Source: Eledone cirrhosa
Taxonomy: Eukaryota
Assembly (NCBI GenBank): GCA_964016885.1
Contig: OZ024742.1
Span: 137,950,001 to 138,014,000, forward strand
Direction of reading: 5' to 3'
DNA: 64,000 nucleotides
The notes under the pieces were generated by a model. It worked only from the letters and a program-made list of their open reading frames with translations, did not search any database and was not told where the DNA came from. Shown here in pieces: positions 13,941-29,456 of this stretch. Each line of letters begins with the position of its first letter. Positions within the stretch are counted from its first letter, which is position 1. The translations under genes and the position numbers were made by a program.

Positions 13941-14154
13941 CAAACATCACGGACGCTCTATCTCAAAATTATTTTTGAAAAGCATTAGAAATGCGCAACC
14001 GGTAAAACTTAAAACCCAAACTGAATACTAACCAATACTATTACTAATTCTCACTTATTCCTAATTAAACTATTTTTCACTGTGAACAATTTGTCAGCAT
14101 ATTCTTTTCCGTTTACCAATATATCATAACTTGTGTGTTACACCTCTATTCTTT

Positions 14155-14193
<39 letters not shown>

Positions 14194-14303
14194 TTATATT
14201 TACCTATATGTATGTATGTACCTCTCTATCTATGTGTGTATCGCTCTCTCTCCTCTCTCTCTCTTTCTCTCTTTCTCTCTCTGTCTCTACATATATATAC
14301 ATA

Positions 14304-14442
14304 TCAGGGCTTACTTATGGTTTCTCCCGGATGAAACGGTTCTAGTCCTGTAGAAGCCTTTCTATATTAAATATTTATACTCTGGTTTGTATCGAATATG
14401 TTACTTACTGTCGTTACCGCCAATTGAATCCGAGATGAACTT
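14304..14442 (+). mobile_element. Short non-autonomous element, family D, with decayed HHR core
   Basis: Homologous to the reverse complement of 21728-21860; core CTTATGG..GAAACGGTT. Confidence 0.7.
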
Positions 14443-14499
14443 ATATATATCTATATATATATATAGAGAGAGAGAGGAAGAGATATATAGATATATATA

Positions 14500-14688
14500 A
14501 AACGAAGGAGGTGTGGTAAGGAACCAGATGGACCATAACGTACTCAATACTTAGGGTAGTAGAGTGGGTAATAGGGAAATGTTTAACCCAGACGGCAGAG
14601 CTCAAGCCGTTTCGACGGCTATTTCTGGAGACAAGAAATAACCGTCGAAACGGCTTGAGCTCTGCCATCGGGCGGGGTTAAACATTTT
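14500..14688 (-). mobile_element. Fold-back element, family A, with the 3' half of an HHR
   Basis: Hairpin at 14578-14686 with GAAACGGC-TTGAGCTCT-GCCRTC in both arms; paralogues at 21511-21702 and 45760-46011; flanked by (TA)n. Confidence 0.8.
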
Positions 14689-14717
14689 CATATATATATT
14701 TATATATATATAAATAA

Positions 14718-14792
<75 letters not shown>

Positions 14793-14983
14793 CATACTTA
14801 TATATATATGAGATTAAATTTGGCGATATATGGCTGCGCTTTCTAGCAGCATGCCTACCCGCCGTAAGCGACCAATCACACGCTTTCTCTCTGGCTGGTA
14901 CACAGCTACATAGCGATCCTAGCCATTTTTGAATCTAAATTTGGCGGGGTCTGTCCGAGAAATTAAATGTCTATTTCTGAGTT

Positions 14984-15064
14984 TGTCTCCTGAAGAAAAT
15001 CCTGACTCAGGACAGTCCATATTATTTGGATGTCCTAAACAAGGAAGAAACCATGGTCGAGATA
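14984..15064 (+). ncRNA. Type I hammerhead ribozyme within an element of about 540 bp (14810-15348) between (TA)n tracts
   Basis: TGTCTC-CTGAAGA-long stem II (TCCT/AGGA, AGGACA/TGTCCT, TCCA/TGGA)-GAAAC-CATG-GTC-GAGATA. Confidence 0.85.
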
Positions 15065-15347
15065 TAATTACGGTATGTGCGCATTTCTTCGAAGTTTAAT
15101 GTTACTACTAATTACGCGCGGTTGACGATGTGTTTGATCGGATTCTGCATGCTGCCGAAGTATTTGATAAATAATGGAACGGAGTTAACGCGAACTGGCT
15201 GCGGTCAATTATTTGTCGGAGATTTCCCAGTTAGAAAATTTACTCTTAAAGCTTGGTGGATTTGATTATGTATATGGTTAATTATGCTGATTAGAGGAAG
15301 AAATAGTATATATTTTAATATCTGATTGATTCTATAGACACGTTTTA

Positions 15348-15395
<48 letters not shown>

Positions 15396-15399
<4 letters not shown>

Positions 15400-15457
15400 A
15401 GTGAGCTGTACTGATGAAGGGTGATATCCTGAAACATTACTGTCTGCAGCTCTGTTT
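15396..15457 (+). ncRNA. Canonical type I hammerhead ribozyme starting directly at the (TA)n boundary
   Basis: AAACAGt-GAGCTGTA-CTGATGA-AGGgtgatatCCT-GAAACA ttac TGTC-TGCAGCTC-TGTTT; about 13 bp of stem I and a GUC cleavage triplet at 15442-15444. Confidence 0.92.
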
Positions 15458-15579
15458 ACCTGCCAACACAAGAGCAAGAATGAAGGGGTCATTTGTTTGT
15501 TTAATTGCAAACGAATCGAATGTTATTATTAATATTCGAAAAACTCAGATTACATTTATTATATATATATAAGTATATA

Positions 15580-15650
<71 letters not shown>

Positions 15651-15651
15651 A

Positions 15652-15858
15652 GTGGAGAACTCTGGAAGGTAATATCCGTAGTGGTAGAGCACTCAGTCCA
15701 TGGGACGAGTTAGGTAGAAGTGGTTACACAACAGTTAGTTCACCATAGCGAGAACGATTGTCTCACCTTAGTGTTTCCTCAGCTCGTAAGAGCTGAGGAT
15801 CCGCTAAGGTGAAACAATTGTTCTCGCTATGGTGAACTAACTGTTGTCTAACCACTTC
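15652..15858. mobile_element. Fold-back element, family B, with a minimal HHR at 15790-15825 (+)
   Basis: Hairpin at 15717-15858; GAG-CTGAGGA-tCCgctaaGGt-GAAAC-AATT-GTT-CTC; the opposite arm has GAGAC instead of GAAAC; paralogues at 21241 and 48484. Confidence 0.85.
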
Positions 15859-15860
15859 TA

Positions 15861-15895
<35 letters not shown>

Positions 15896-16843
15896 TTAGA
15901 GAGAGAGAGAGAGAGCGATAGAGCGACATTCATTTTATTATGGTTAAACTGTGAGTCTTGATACACTGGAATGTAACAAAATATGTATGCGTGTGTGTGT
16001 CTGTGTATGCAAAATCTTAACTGAAATATCACATCAAATGACACATATATCGTGTTATAGTCTGTGCGTAAGCAGGTTGTATATGGGAGAGCTTACCCGT
16101 GTCTGTAATTGTTTATATTTCATAAACTACCATTCAAAAAAAGCCGACAGGTTGAATTTATTTCCACGCTTGAAAGATAAGTATTCTCTCCTTGATATCT
16201 TCGACGTAACACATTCCACTCAGTACCTCATCAATGATGCAATGTAAAGATTGAAACCAGTAAAAGAAAGGAATATACTTACGGGTGATTTACTTGAAAA
16301 TTAAACTTAGGTATAAGTACAAACACCACTTCTATACCATCACATATTTTACTAACTTGTGAGTTACAACACTCAGAGTTTCCACATGCGGACAATAGAA
16401 GACTTATCTATTCCAATTAATTCCCAATAATATATCTTTGCTTTCTGGTTCATATATGTATTGCTTTGTCATTCGTATTCATGATATCTTATTCATAATA
16501 CATATTTCTTGTCATATTAATTCGTTATTTGCATGACAGTTGAAATACTTTTGTTAAGCTAGTGTTTCTATTACATATATTACATTCAAGTAAAATTGAT
16601 AATGCTTTTTAAATTGTATAACTTGCAATATATCAGTCTCTACACTGAAGTAACTTATATATGCTGCGCGAATTTCCGATAGTATGACTTCCGATTTTTT
16701 CATACATAATTACTCACTACAAAATTTCTACGTTTGATCTGTTGTGTAAATTTATATGAATGTATCGATGACTCTCTTTGTGTTCATGCACGTACATATT
16801 AGAAAGTCACACATACACAAACACACACATATATATGTAAATG

Positions 16844-16892
<49 letters not shown>

Positions 16893-17067
16893 GATATTAA
16901 TAAATGGAAATTATATTTATAAAACCATATTTATTTCATTGTACATATTTCAGGGATACCAAATTAAATTATGGTATGCCTTCATCCTGACAAAATACAA
17001 TATATAGCAGTTTTACAAATAAGCTTTGACGTACCCTTTTAAAATGCAACCATTTAAATAGAACTTT

Positions 17068-17166
<99 letters not shown>

Positions 17167-17595
17167 GTAGTAACTATGGCGACAGTGTGTTGACTCTAGC
17201 AACGCAGTGTCGCCACCTGTGGGTAACACAAAAAATAGCGAATTACTTCCCTTATCTCGGCGTTCTCTAAAAGAAGAGACGCCAATGTAAAACTCAAGAG
17301 ATTTGGTTTTATATTCCAGTCGCCTTTGTCCTGCCACGTGGATGTACTTTGTCAAAACGCCTGTTTTTGACCAAGAGATTTTCATATCTCTTCTTATAAT
17401 GTGAGAATTAAGCCATTACCGTTTAGCTTGCAGGGTATGTCCTGTGAATTTAATTATGTTGTGTTTTATTAAATGTGTCATTTAATAAAAAGATTACCCT
17501 TTTTATCGTTACAGCCCTTCTGTTTTAATTAATAATCTTAGAGAGATGAGATGTCGTTCACACACCTGAACGATATATCGTTCTTTCTTTATATA

Positions 17596-17644
<49 letters not shown>

Positions 17645-17645
17645 C

Positions 17646-17951
17646 TAATAAACAACATAATATAATTATTTCATTTACCAGTGGTTTCTTGAGGACAATG
17701 TTGTGTCTGTCTTCAGTCGTAAGAATGAATAACAAATATGGTGTATTTATTAAATATGGATTTGAAAACAAAATTTAGGGAATATGAAAGTGAGGCTAAA
17801 AAAATCGGGCGAAAAGGAAATAGGGGAAAAAATTAAAAAAGTATATATATATATATAAAAATATAAATATCCAGAACGTAAACATACACACACTCAACTA
17901 CGCGCATATACTTTGATTTGATTTTTACTTTCTTTATTCATTCTTCTCATG

Positions 17952-17996
<45 letters not shown>

Positions 17997-18549
17997 TTTG
18001 TATCTTTTGTTCTTATTTATTTATTTAGTTATTCCTGCTTCCTAACTACTCCGAATTCGTGTGTACATTTTTGAGTGCATATATATCTGTGTATATGTAT
18101 GTGTGTGTATTTATGTATATATCTCTGTAAATGTATGTGTATGTATTTATGTTCCCGTCCGTTTTTCTATGTAGATGCAAATACGCTTATGTGAGAAAGT
18201 ATACGTCAACGTACTTTTCAGTATATGCGTGTAGTTTAGCGTGTGTAAGTTTACGTTCTGGACATTTATATTTTTATATTTATATATATATTTTTTTTCC
18301 GCCTATTTCCTTTCCGCCCGTTTTTTTTCAGCCTCACATTCATATTTCCTAAATTTTCTTTTCAAATCCATATTTAATAAATACACCATGTTTATTATTC
18401 ATTCTGACGACTGAAGACAGACACAACATTGTCTTCAAGAAACCACTGGTAAATGAAATAATTATCTTATGTTGTTTATTACATAACTAATAAGCTATGT
18501 AGCCTACATAGAGCACTCTAGTTTTCCTGTATCTTTCTGACGGAAATAC

Positions 18550-18552
<3 letters not shown>
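17646..18552 (+). mobile_element. Inverted-arm element, family F
   Basis: 17646-17911 is the reverse complement of 18221-18481, with a unique tail to 18552; flanked by (TA)n; the 3' part is shared with 46460-46583. Confidence 0.85.
18398..18457 (+). ncRNA. Type I hammerhead ribozyme (family F)
   Basis: TTCATT-CTGACGA-cTGAAGACA..TGTCTTCAa-GAAACC act GGTA-AATGAA. Confidence 0.9.
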
Positions 18553-18622
<70 letters not shown>

Positions 18623-20241
18623 TAATAAAAACAATGAATAAAAACAAAGAAACAGTTCCTTATATTAAAAAATTCCTCATTTTACGATCGTTTCTAGGAT
18701 ATATATGTGTGTTGGTATGTATATCATATAGATCTATGTAAAAATTTACAAACTATCAGAGGGAATATACATACCTACACATATATATGCTGTCTTCAGA
18801 AATAATGATATTTGTTTATTGAAAAACACCAACAAAGATTTAATATAATAAGTCTGTTTGGGAACAGGTTTTGAATTGACCAATAGAAGAGTAGTAAGTG
18901 ATCAAGTTGATAGAATAGTAGTAGTAGAAATTTAATTTAGGGGTAGAGGAATGCAGACTTCAGTTTTGAATGGAAATAATACTTTGAATGAAAAGATTAC
19001 TTTGGGGGATGAAAAGTGGTCAAGCCGGTGAAAGGTACACGAAAATTTGATGTTATTAAAGAATAATGCTAATGTTAAAATCGAAGGAGAATAAAATTTT
19101 AGGATAAATGTGTTAGTGAGAAATACCAATCTTATTAAAAACATAAGGAATGCACCTTTCATAGCCCCCTACCCACCTAAGAACCACTGTAGTTATAACC
19201 CGGATAACTGGGACTTTAAAATAATTTTGGTCTATTTGCACTTTTCATTGGGTTGCTACCTTCGACTTGTATGGTGGCTTTTTCCCGGCTGCGCGCTGGG
19301 CACTCGGAGAGTTCAGCCTTCCTTTAGTGCTCGGAAAAATAAATTTCTCCTCTTTCGGTAAACGAAATTACTCGGAGCGGATGCTTTGCCCCGGTCCCAC
19401 CGCGCCGCCTGTTTTGGCCGCCACATTATACTTGTACCTACAAACTCCTGGTTTAGCATAACTATTAGCTGTATCATGCCTCTACTGGCACGTAAATAAA
19501 CCCCTCATGTGGAATTTAATAATATTCTTTTGGTATTGACGTTGGCCTGTCGAAATTGTGGAGTTTCTGCTAGCGCTCCCGGAGCCTAAGGTAGCTACGT
19601 TCCTAGAGTACTCGGATAAATTAATTTCCATTTCTTTCGCTGGACGATACCACTCGAGACTGGCTGACTCATGGTGGGGGGGGGGGGGCTGGGACTCTCA
19701 ATCGAAATCTTTACTCTATATCCCATCCTAATATCTTATCGAGATAAACAAATTTTCCTATAAGACCCTCTCCGTAAGTTCATTAAATAAATAAATCTTG
19801 CTACTTTAATCTTTAATTCTCTAATAACTTATTTTTCAATTAATCATTTTGCAATTTAATATTTTTAATTTAATTTAATTTCATCCTATAACTCGCAACA
19901 TAAGTTTAACGTTCCAATCTTCGGTTCACATTAGACCATACAGACACCCATTATAGATTCTTTGGGGTAGCATTTTTTCGCGGCATTTTCTAGCATGAAT
20001 GTAGTATGACCCTTACACTACACTGCTTTCTCCCTTTCTTTCTTTCTTCCCCTTCTTCTTTGACGGAGTGGTGGTAGTGCATTATAAGCCTTCGCCCCCT
20101 CACCAGATGTTCATTAGTAGCTTCAGTTGCCAACACTTTGAGGGCGACTGGCCGAGAAGCTAGTTGGTCAGTCGTCCTCTCTGTCTCTGTCTCTGATCTT
20201 TCGGACTCATGTTTTTTTACATATTCCTTTGTTATATTCCA

Positions 20242-20299
20242 ATACCTGATGATATCACTGGATTCATATGGAACCCGGTCATTGAAATGATCATAGTAT
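20242..20299 (+). ncRNA. Type I hammerhead ribozyme (family H; the element ends at ~20348; decayed minus-strand copy at 23677-23880)
   Basis: ATAC-CTGATGA-stem II (ACTGGATTC/GAACCCGGT)-GAAAT-GATC-ATA-GTAT; the copy at 23725-23782 has GAGA instead of GAAA. Confidence 0.8.
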
Positions 20300-20533
20300 A
20301 ATAAACCGTTCAAGGATTTACACATGTCCAGCCTCCTGTTATTTTATTTCATATATATATATATATAAAGAAAGAGAGAGAGATAGAGAGACAGACAGGA
20401 GATCAGAATTATACCAGTGTTTAAATATTAAGACCGTTATTCAACATATTGCTTGAAAGTTGGATTCAAGAGTATAAATATATTAGAGAGTTGGGGTCCA
20501 ACACCCGAGCTTTTGCCGCTTCGACAGCAAATT

Positions 20534-20594
<61 letters not shown>

Positions 20595-20623
20595 TAAATG
20601 ATTAAAATTTAGCTTCGTTTATT

Positions 20624-20678
20624 ACTGCTATATATATTTCAGTGACAGCCATCTTTGGCTGTGACCTCTTCAGGCAGT
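20624..20678 (-). ncRNA. Type I hammerhead ribozyme (family I) in an element of about 120 bp (20591-20710)
   Basis: Minus strand: ACTGC-CTGAAGA-ggtcACAGCCA aaga TGGCTGTcact-GAAAT-ATAT-ATA-GCAGT. Confidence 0.88.
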
Positions 20679-20710
20679 TTGAATTAGTATGGTAACATAA
20701 ACTCAAAATC

Positions 20711-21482
<772 letters not shown>

Positions 21483-21510
21483 GAGACAGACACACACATA
21501 TATATATATA

Positions 21511-21702
21511 GGAAAATGTTTGACCCCGAGGGCAGAGCTCAAACCGTTTTGACGGCAATTTCTGGACTACAGAAATAGCCGTCGAAACGGCTTGAGTTCT
21601 GCCGTCGGGGTCAAACAATTTCCTATTACCCCTCTACTAACCTAAGTATTGAATACTCTGGTACGTTATGATCCATCTGGTTACTTACCACACCTCCTTT
21701 GT
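21511..21702 (+). mobile_element. Fold-back element, family A
   Basis: Hairpin at 21511-21623 plus a tail homologous to 14500-14575 (reverse) and to 45930-46011. Confidence 0.8.
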
Positions 21703-21727
21703 TATATATATATATATATATATATAA

Positions 21728-22523
<796 letters not shown>

Positions 22524-22896
22524 AGATAAGCGGAGCAAGTAAGATTCACACACTTTTTAAAAATAAATTAACAAAATATATTTTAAATATTTACCTATTC
22601 CATTTGCTTTTACCGACAATTTCACCATACAACAGATTGGAGATCCTAGGGACCTCCAATGGAAATGATCAGATCATCAGAGACCATTTTCCTTACTTAG
22701 GACAAAAGTCCCAGGAACGGCAAAATATATTGCCACCTGCCAGCTGGCACAGGATCGAATGAGGCCATAAACTTGACCTGTGCATGAACCAGCCCTTAGT
22801 AGAAACAGGAAGTAAACATAGACGTGTTGTCTATCACGCCACTAAAAATATCAGCTAAATACAACAACGGATTTGTTCTCTACATAACGGAGGAAA

Positions 22897-23085
22897 TATA
22901 GAAGGAGATTAATATCCCCACATGTACTAAGTACCCGTGGAAATATATAGGGTGACCATGATACAGTGGTTGTTCCATGGTATTAATTTGACAAACCAGA
23001 ACATGGAACAACCACTGTATCATAGACACCGTACATATTTCCAGGGGTACTTAGTACCTCTGGGGATATTAATCTCCTTTTATAT
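22897..23085. repeat. Inverted repeat (~55 bp arms) inside an unclassified element at 22521-23440
   Basis: AAGGAGATTAATATCCCCA..GTACTAAGTACCC versus GGGTACTTAGTAC..TGGGGATATTAATCTCCTT. Confidence 0.75.
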
Positions 23086-23616
23086 ATATATTAGGCTGTT
23101 ATATTTTCTTAATATTGTATCACATTATTTGTAAAATAAAATAGATATATTGAATGGCGTAATTACATATATAGTGTGTTTGCATCTAAGTTGGTGGAAA
23201 TTACTATAATTCCTTTAATTGGAAATGGAATATTGTCATTGTGGAGAGGATTTCATCATCACTCTCTTCAGTCAGAGATTTCCTACGACTAAATAAACAC
23301 TTCTAAGTTATTTTTTGGATAGGCAACAGCATTCAATACTCACATTATGCATTTGATCTCTATCCATACATTTACAGGTGTGATTCTCTTGCTGAATGTA
23401 AACACAATTTATGTGCCTTGATCGTCTTTCATTCTAACTATATATATATATATACAGAGAGAGAGAGAGAGGGGGGGCGAGATGCGGTTGACTGAAGACC
23501 AGGAATAATGCGAAATTCGAAATGTGACTTTAGTAAAGTCGATTACAGCAATAATATATATAATTGATGAAATATAGGCAGACACATAATATATATATAT
23601 CCAGCGTCCTGTTATT

Positions 23617-23680
<64 letters not shown>

Positions 23681-23888
23681 AATAACAGGAGACTGGACTG
23701 GTGTAATTCCTTAAAAGGTTTATTATACTATGATCATCTCAGTGACCGGGTTCAGTATGAATCCGGTGACATCATCAGGTATTCAAAATATAACAAAGGA
23801 ATATAATAGACACAATCCATGGGGCTGAAAATCAGAGAAACGAGGGCGGCCGAACATTTAGCAGCTTCTAGCCCGGTCTATGTGTATG

Positions 23889-23968
<80 letters not shown>

Positions 23969-23970
23969 CA

Positions 23971-24456
23971 CAATATGTTGAAAAGGTAACACACCAGAGA
24001 GAGATATACAGTGCGTTATCAATAATACAGGGAAAAAACCACCAGTGTATGGAATCTATAACCTATGAAAGGCAGACTATAGACACGATAATTAAATTCT
24101 CTTAGTGTTGTCTGAAATGTATAGCCTTACACACGCTGATGAACCGAGATTAACCCATTTCTTTCAACAAATTATTGGTGAAACATATCTTTGGATTTGT
24201 ACGTGTGTTATATAGTTATAGGGGTATTTATTTACACTTTAATTTATATTTTAACTATCGTGTCTATAGTCTGCCTTTCATAGGTTATAGATTCCATACA
24301 CTGGTGGTTTTTTCCCTGTATTATTGATAACGCACTATATATCTCTCTGGCGTGTTACCTTTTCAACATATTGTATTTTAAAGAGCTCAGGATCTCTTCT
24401 CCTTTGAGCACATTATTTACAGGGAATAGCGAGGGCCTATGCCTCCGTTAATTTAT

Positions 24457-24460
<4 letters not shown>
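23971..24460 (+). mobile_element. Inverted-arm element, family E
   Basis: 23971-24095 is the reverse complement of 24252-24373; the body is homologous to 44380-44652. Confidence 0.85.
24129..24208 (+). ncRNA. Type I hammerhead ribozyme (family E)
   Basis: ACACACG-CTGATGA-ACC..GGT-GAAACAtATC..GATtTGTA-CGTGTGT; 7 bp stem I. Confidence 0.88.
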
Positions 24461-24498
<38 letters not shown>

Positions 24499-24501
<3 letters not shown>

Positions 24502-25895
24502 TTCAAAATATTAACAAAATAGATATTCTTGTGATGAAGTATATTTTATTATACATATTTCAGAGGTACGGAGTTAACTTCAACAGTACGTCCTCATCAG
24601 ATAAAATAAGATGATGCATGACATACCCTGATAGTAGATGGTTAAGATTCAGTCATGGTAGTGAGTAATATATGACAAAACTCAATATGTATATATCTTA
24701 ATATTGAGAACATGAGAAAAATATATAATACATACAATAGAGAGGGTGCGTGTGAGACAGTTAAAAAATACTTTGCATCAAATTTAAATTACTGAAGAAA
24801 AAGGAAAGAAAGGAAAGCATAGAGGAAGAAACAGCTGATGGGATAATATAGTTAGTAGGGGCCTCGAAAAACAAAAGAGAGTTGATTACAGAGAGAGACA
24901 CAAATAGGAAGCCTTATGTTCAAGTTTTTAGACAATTATCCATATATACAATATATATCTAAACTTATTTGGTTCACCGTTAATATTCAAAATATTTAAT
25001 TTAAGTTAGTTCAGAGTAATGAATAATATGTAATGTTTTAAGAGTTAATAGGTATCTGTATTAATATTAAAGTATACTATCAATTTAATTTCTAAAATCA
25101 AATTTTATGAAATCAAATTTAAAGGATTTTCAAACACGAGAAAGAAAACATAATGTTTTTACAACCTCACGAAACTTTACCAACATTTTTTATAATATTG
25201 ACAACAGTTTATATAATATAATTTAGAAAGTAATTACAGTTATAATTTTTAAAGAATTTATGATTAACAATTTGAGTGCCTAAAGGATCAACAGGGCCTT
25301 ATAATTAAACTTAAAGAGGTCTGAATTTTAAATTACATATATGTGTTTATGAAAAAAAAAACAAAGATTATATTGTCTAAAGACTTAAGATGATACCTTT
25401 CAAATATACATAACATAATACAATATAGTAAATAAGTTACTGAAAATATTGTTAAAAATTAATGTTTTAGATCAATTATTGTAAAAGGATCATTTAATAG
25501 ATATATACTATAAATATATAAGTCAAAACAACATGAGTCCTAAGAATAAGGGCTAGATACAAAATAAAAAGTGAAAAAATAATGAATTGTATGCGAAACA
25601 TAAAAATGCCCAATATTAAAAATATAGTTTAATATGCAAGAGGGTTTTAATATATAGTAGACAAACGATACTTCTAAAATGTCCAGCGAATGTGATAGAG
25701 AGAGGAGCTAAATATTTGAAAAAGCCGAAGGTAATCTAATTTTAATTAAAATAAAGTAAATTAAAATCATTTCTGTTGAGAAAACTATTACTGTTGAGTG
25801 CTTCCAATCTATTGTTGAGAAAACCTGCTGTTGAGTGCTTCCAATCTATTGTAAAACTCATTCTTTGATTTATCCATTGAACCTTGTTTAACTTT

Positions 25896-25900
<5 letters not shown>
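24499..25900. mobile_element. Rearranged relative of the 11.6-13.9 kb PLE (pseudo-LTR on the minus strand, terminal piece in the opposite orientation)
   Basis: 24499-24950 matches 11705-12030 and the reverse of 13480-13940; 25790-25900 is the reverse complement of 11607-11690 and includes a tandem duplication of about 37 bp. Confidence 0.75.
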
Positions 25901-25933
<33 letters not shown>

Positions 25934-25964
25934 ATATAGAAATGGCTTCCATGTATATGGTTTT

Positions 25965-26157
<193 letters not shown>

Positions 26158-26239
26158 AAATAGTAGAGGAAAAATATTTTTTTAGTAGAAATTCCCGTAA
26201 TAGAATCGATGAAGATGGCAGCCCGTGCTGAAGACAGAA

Positions 26240-29100
26240 TTAGTATTTCAGAATTAGTATTTCAGCAACTCTGAATCCTTTGTGGATCGACAGGTGGTCT
26301 TTTGCTCTTCGTCCTCTTATTCCTGAGAGCGTTCTGGGAGAAGAGTCCTGGGGAATACTCATTTCATGGGTCCTGTGAAAAGCAACCATTTCCAACTGAT
26401 CTGGCTGAATCCCCAAGTTAGAACAACTGAGGCTCATGGATATTATCCAACCATCTTGCTTAGGTTCTACCACTGCGTCTCCTGCCGGTAGGGTTTACCC
26501 GTAAAATCTGTCCAGCGCTCCTTTCCTGAGTTATTTTTATCCCATGCCCATAGTATCGGAGCTGCCAATTCTCAATTAGGAGAAGAAACACCACCTGGAA
26601 TGACTCTAATCTCCGAGCTACGCACACTGTCGAGTAACGTTCCTCTAAAGATTCTTTGGCGGAGCACCATTTATGCTTCTTGTATTCGCGATTGTATTAT
26701 GTTGATCATTGACCAAGGTTCATGACCATAGATAAGTGTTGGAACGAATATCGAATTGAAGGTAGTGAGTTTGGCTTTTAGACCTACATTCCTTCTTTTG
26801 ATTGCCGAATGCTGAATCTGGTGCTTTACTGCAACAACTCCTGTAATTATTGCACTTAATTCAGTCTTCGGGATTCCATCACCTGTGAACAGGGCCCCGA
26901 GATAATGAACTTCCTCACCTGCTTCAGTGGAACTCCATTCGCATGTAGAGTTAACAGAGCAGTGTTCCTTAAGAGGACGAGTGTCTCAGTTTTCGCAGCA
27001 TTGGTGGAGTCTGAATCCCATATTAAATGGTTTCGATTTAGCAGAATTTACCCGAACACAAATATCGGGCATCCCTATAGAAACATCAGGGCAACAAGCT
27101 TACCATCGATCCCTTATTGCAGCACAACCTTCCACAGCATCTTCATATACCTTTGTGAGTTCTACAAAGCAAGACCTGCGCAGTATGAATATTTGTCATC
27201 AGCTAGGTTGGGCTGACAATCTCCCTACATCTATTTACTAGACACGTGTTATAGACTTTACCGGGAGGCTCAACAAGGAGATCCCTCTCTAATTGAAGCA
27301 ATCTCTTTAGTCTTCTTTTTGAAATTGGGATTACCTACCCAGATTTCCGTTGCACAGATCTAGGCCACACGGCACGCAAGACACAACCAGAGAATACCTT
27401 CACTATTTAAGGCCTTTAATATCTCGTGCCGAATTTCATCTTCTCCGGCCTTGACACATTTGAGCTCTTTAATTGTTCTTGTGACCTCAGCGTCCGAGAG
27501 GTTAATTATCGATCCCAGATGCACCTCGTGTACATCGGATGATGTTGTGATCGGGTTTAGGAGATTAGCAAAAAATATTCTACCCAACTCGCCAGGATCC
27601 ACCTCTCTGAAGAGAGAAGAACCCCAAAGACGTCCCTGATAGCAGTTATGGAGGAGGACTTTTTATTACGATGTCGGTGGATGGTCTACCGGATCACTTT
27701 ATTTACTGATCCGACGTCGGATTCCGCCTCTACTGTCTCCGCTGCAATTCTTTGTATGAATGTTTGTACCGCAAGTGCATGAAGGAGGACTTATTTCCAA
27801 TCCCAAATATGTTCGCCTCTTTCTTTACTCGGATGGAATCTTTGAAACAAAGGGTCCTGCTGTCATCCGGCACCACATAAAGCCTCTTTCCCGTACAGCA
27901 CCTAGTAGCTGCAAGAACAACTGCTGAGATGAACAATCTCCAGTTTACACAGGGAGTCTCTGAATGTATATCTATACCTAGTCCCGACTTCCTTATCTAC
28001 TAACGCTTCTCACTTTATCCTGTAGGTTGACCTGTAGGTTGACCTGGACCTATTAGTTTTGTGGGTTTCTTTGAGATAAGGTAGTTCGAAGTTGCAGATA
28101 ACTAGATGATATTCAGTTGACAGCTCAACCTCTCTCTTATCACGTATATCCAAAACAGAATCGAAGAGATCAGAGGCAATAACAAATCAATTATTGATCT
28201 CTGTCCATGATTTTTCTTATACCATGTATATTTATCGATGTCTCTGTGCTGGAAGGTGTTCATCATAGCGTGTCCATTACTAGAACAGACATCTAATAAG
28301 GCCTCTCCATTCGTGTCTTGATTGGGATCACCGATTCTTCCAATCACTATGTTCTTGTCAGATTGTCAGTGCCAACATATGCATTGAAGATATATGACTC
28401 AGTCATATCAACATCTAACGCTACGGTGACGTCATCAAGGAAGGCTCTGTAAGCGGACTCCTTGTTTGGTACATAAATTTGCACCACCCACAGAGACATA
28501 TCCTTCAGACTAAGCTTCAAGTTTTAAATATTCCCACCTAATGGTATCCAGTCTATAACACATTCTGACAGCTGGGCGTTTGTCACTAACAACACTCCGA
28601 CTTGTGCAGTCAATTCTGGTGCCACACTTGAATGATGGAGTTTCCATCCTACATCCTAATCTACAGTACTAGAGACACGAAACTTTGTTGGGTAAACCCC
28701 GACAATATCTATACTGTAGCATCTAGCCTCTTCCACTAGTTCCTGCTCCTTATCTGTTAGGGTTGTGCTGTCCAGATGCAAATTCTCATGCTTTTCTCCC
28801 TTCCGAACCATCTTTGAATTCTTCGTGCGTCCATCTCACGCGTCCCAGAAGAGTTCGTATGCCCATCACCAGTTTTTTACGGCATGAGATGGAGACTGCA
28901 ATATATATTTTGAACGTGTCCCTCTAACTAAGGTCTGAACGTGTCCCTTGTTAACCCACGCGAAGTACGATGTAGTAGTATCCTTTTTCTTACCTATCAC
29001 CATATTGCAGTATTTGTGGTCATATTCGTGCCACTCACCAGTCTGGTGACCGAATCGCCCTCCATCGCCTGCGACCCGTTCTCTAGTAGAACTGCTCTTC
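26240..29100 (-). mobile_element. RTE-clade LINE (Rex3/Expander-like), decayed, APE + RT
   Basis: APE fragments NGEALLDVC..MNTFQHRDIDKYTW..RSIID; pre-RT GEDEIRHEILKAL..LWL; multiple stops and frameshifts. Confidence 0.85.
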
Positions 29101-29118
29101 CGCGAAGGATAGATAATA

Positions 29119-29165
<47 letters not shown>

Positions 29166-29248
29166 TATATACGTGTATGTGTGATTTTGTGTGTGTGTGT
29201 GTATTATATATATATATATTATTAATATATATATATAAATATATATAT

Positions 29249-29316
<68 letters not shown>

Positions 29317-29317
29317 T

Positions 29318-29456
<139 letters not shown>

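Noticed and set aside
16935-16995. Minus-strand HHR-like fold (AGGATGA..GAAATATGTA); similar weak cases at ~22605-22685 (-) and ~23485-23550 (+)
   Set aside because: The core or stems I/III are too degenerate to call, although these are plausibly old members of the same class.
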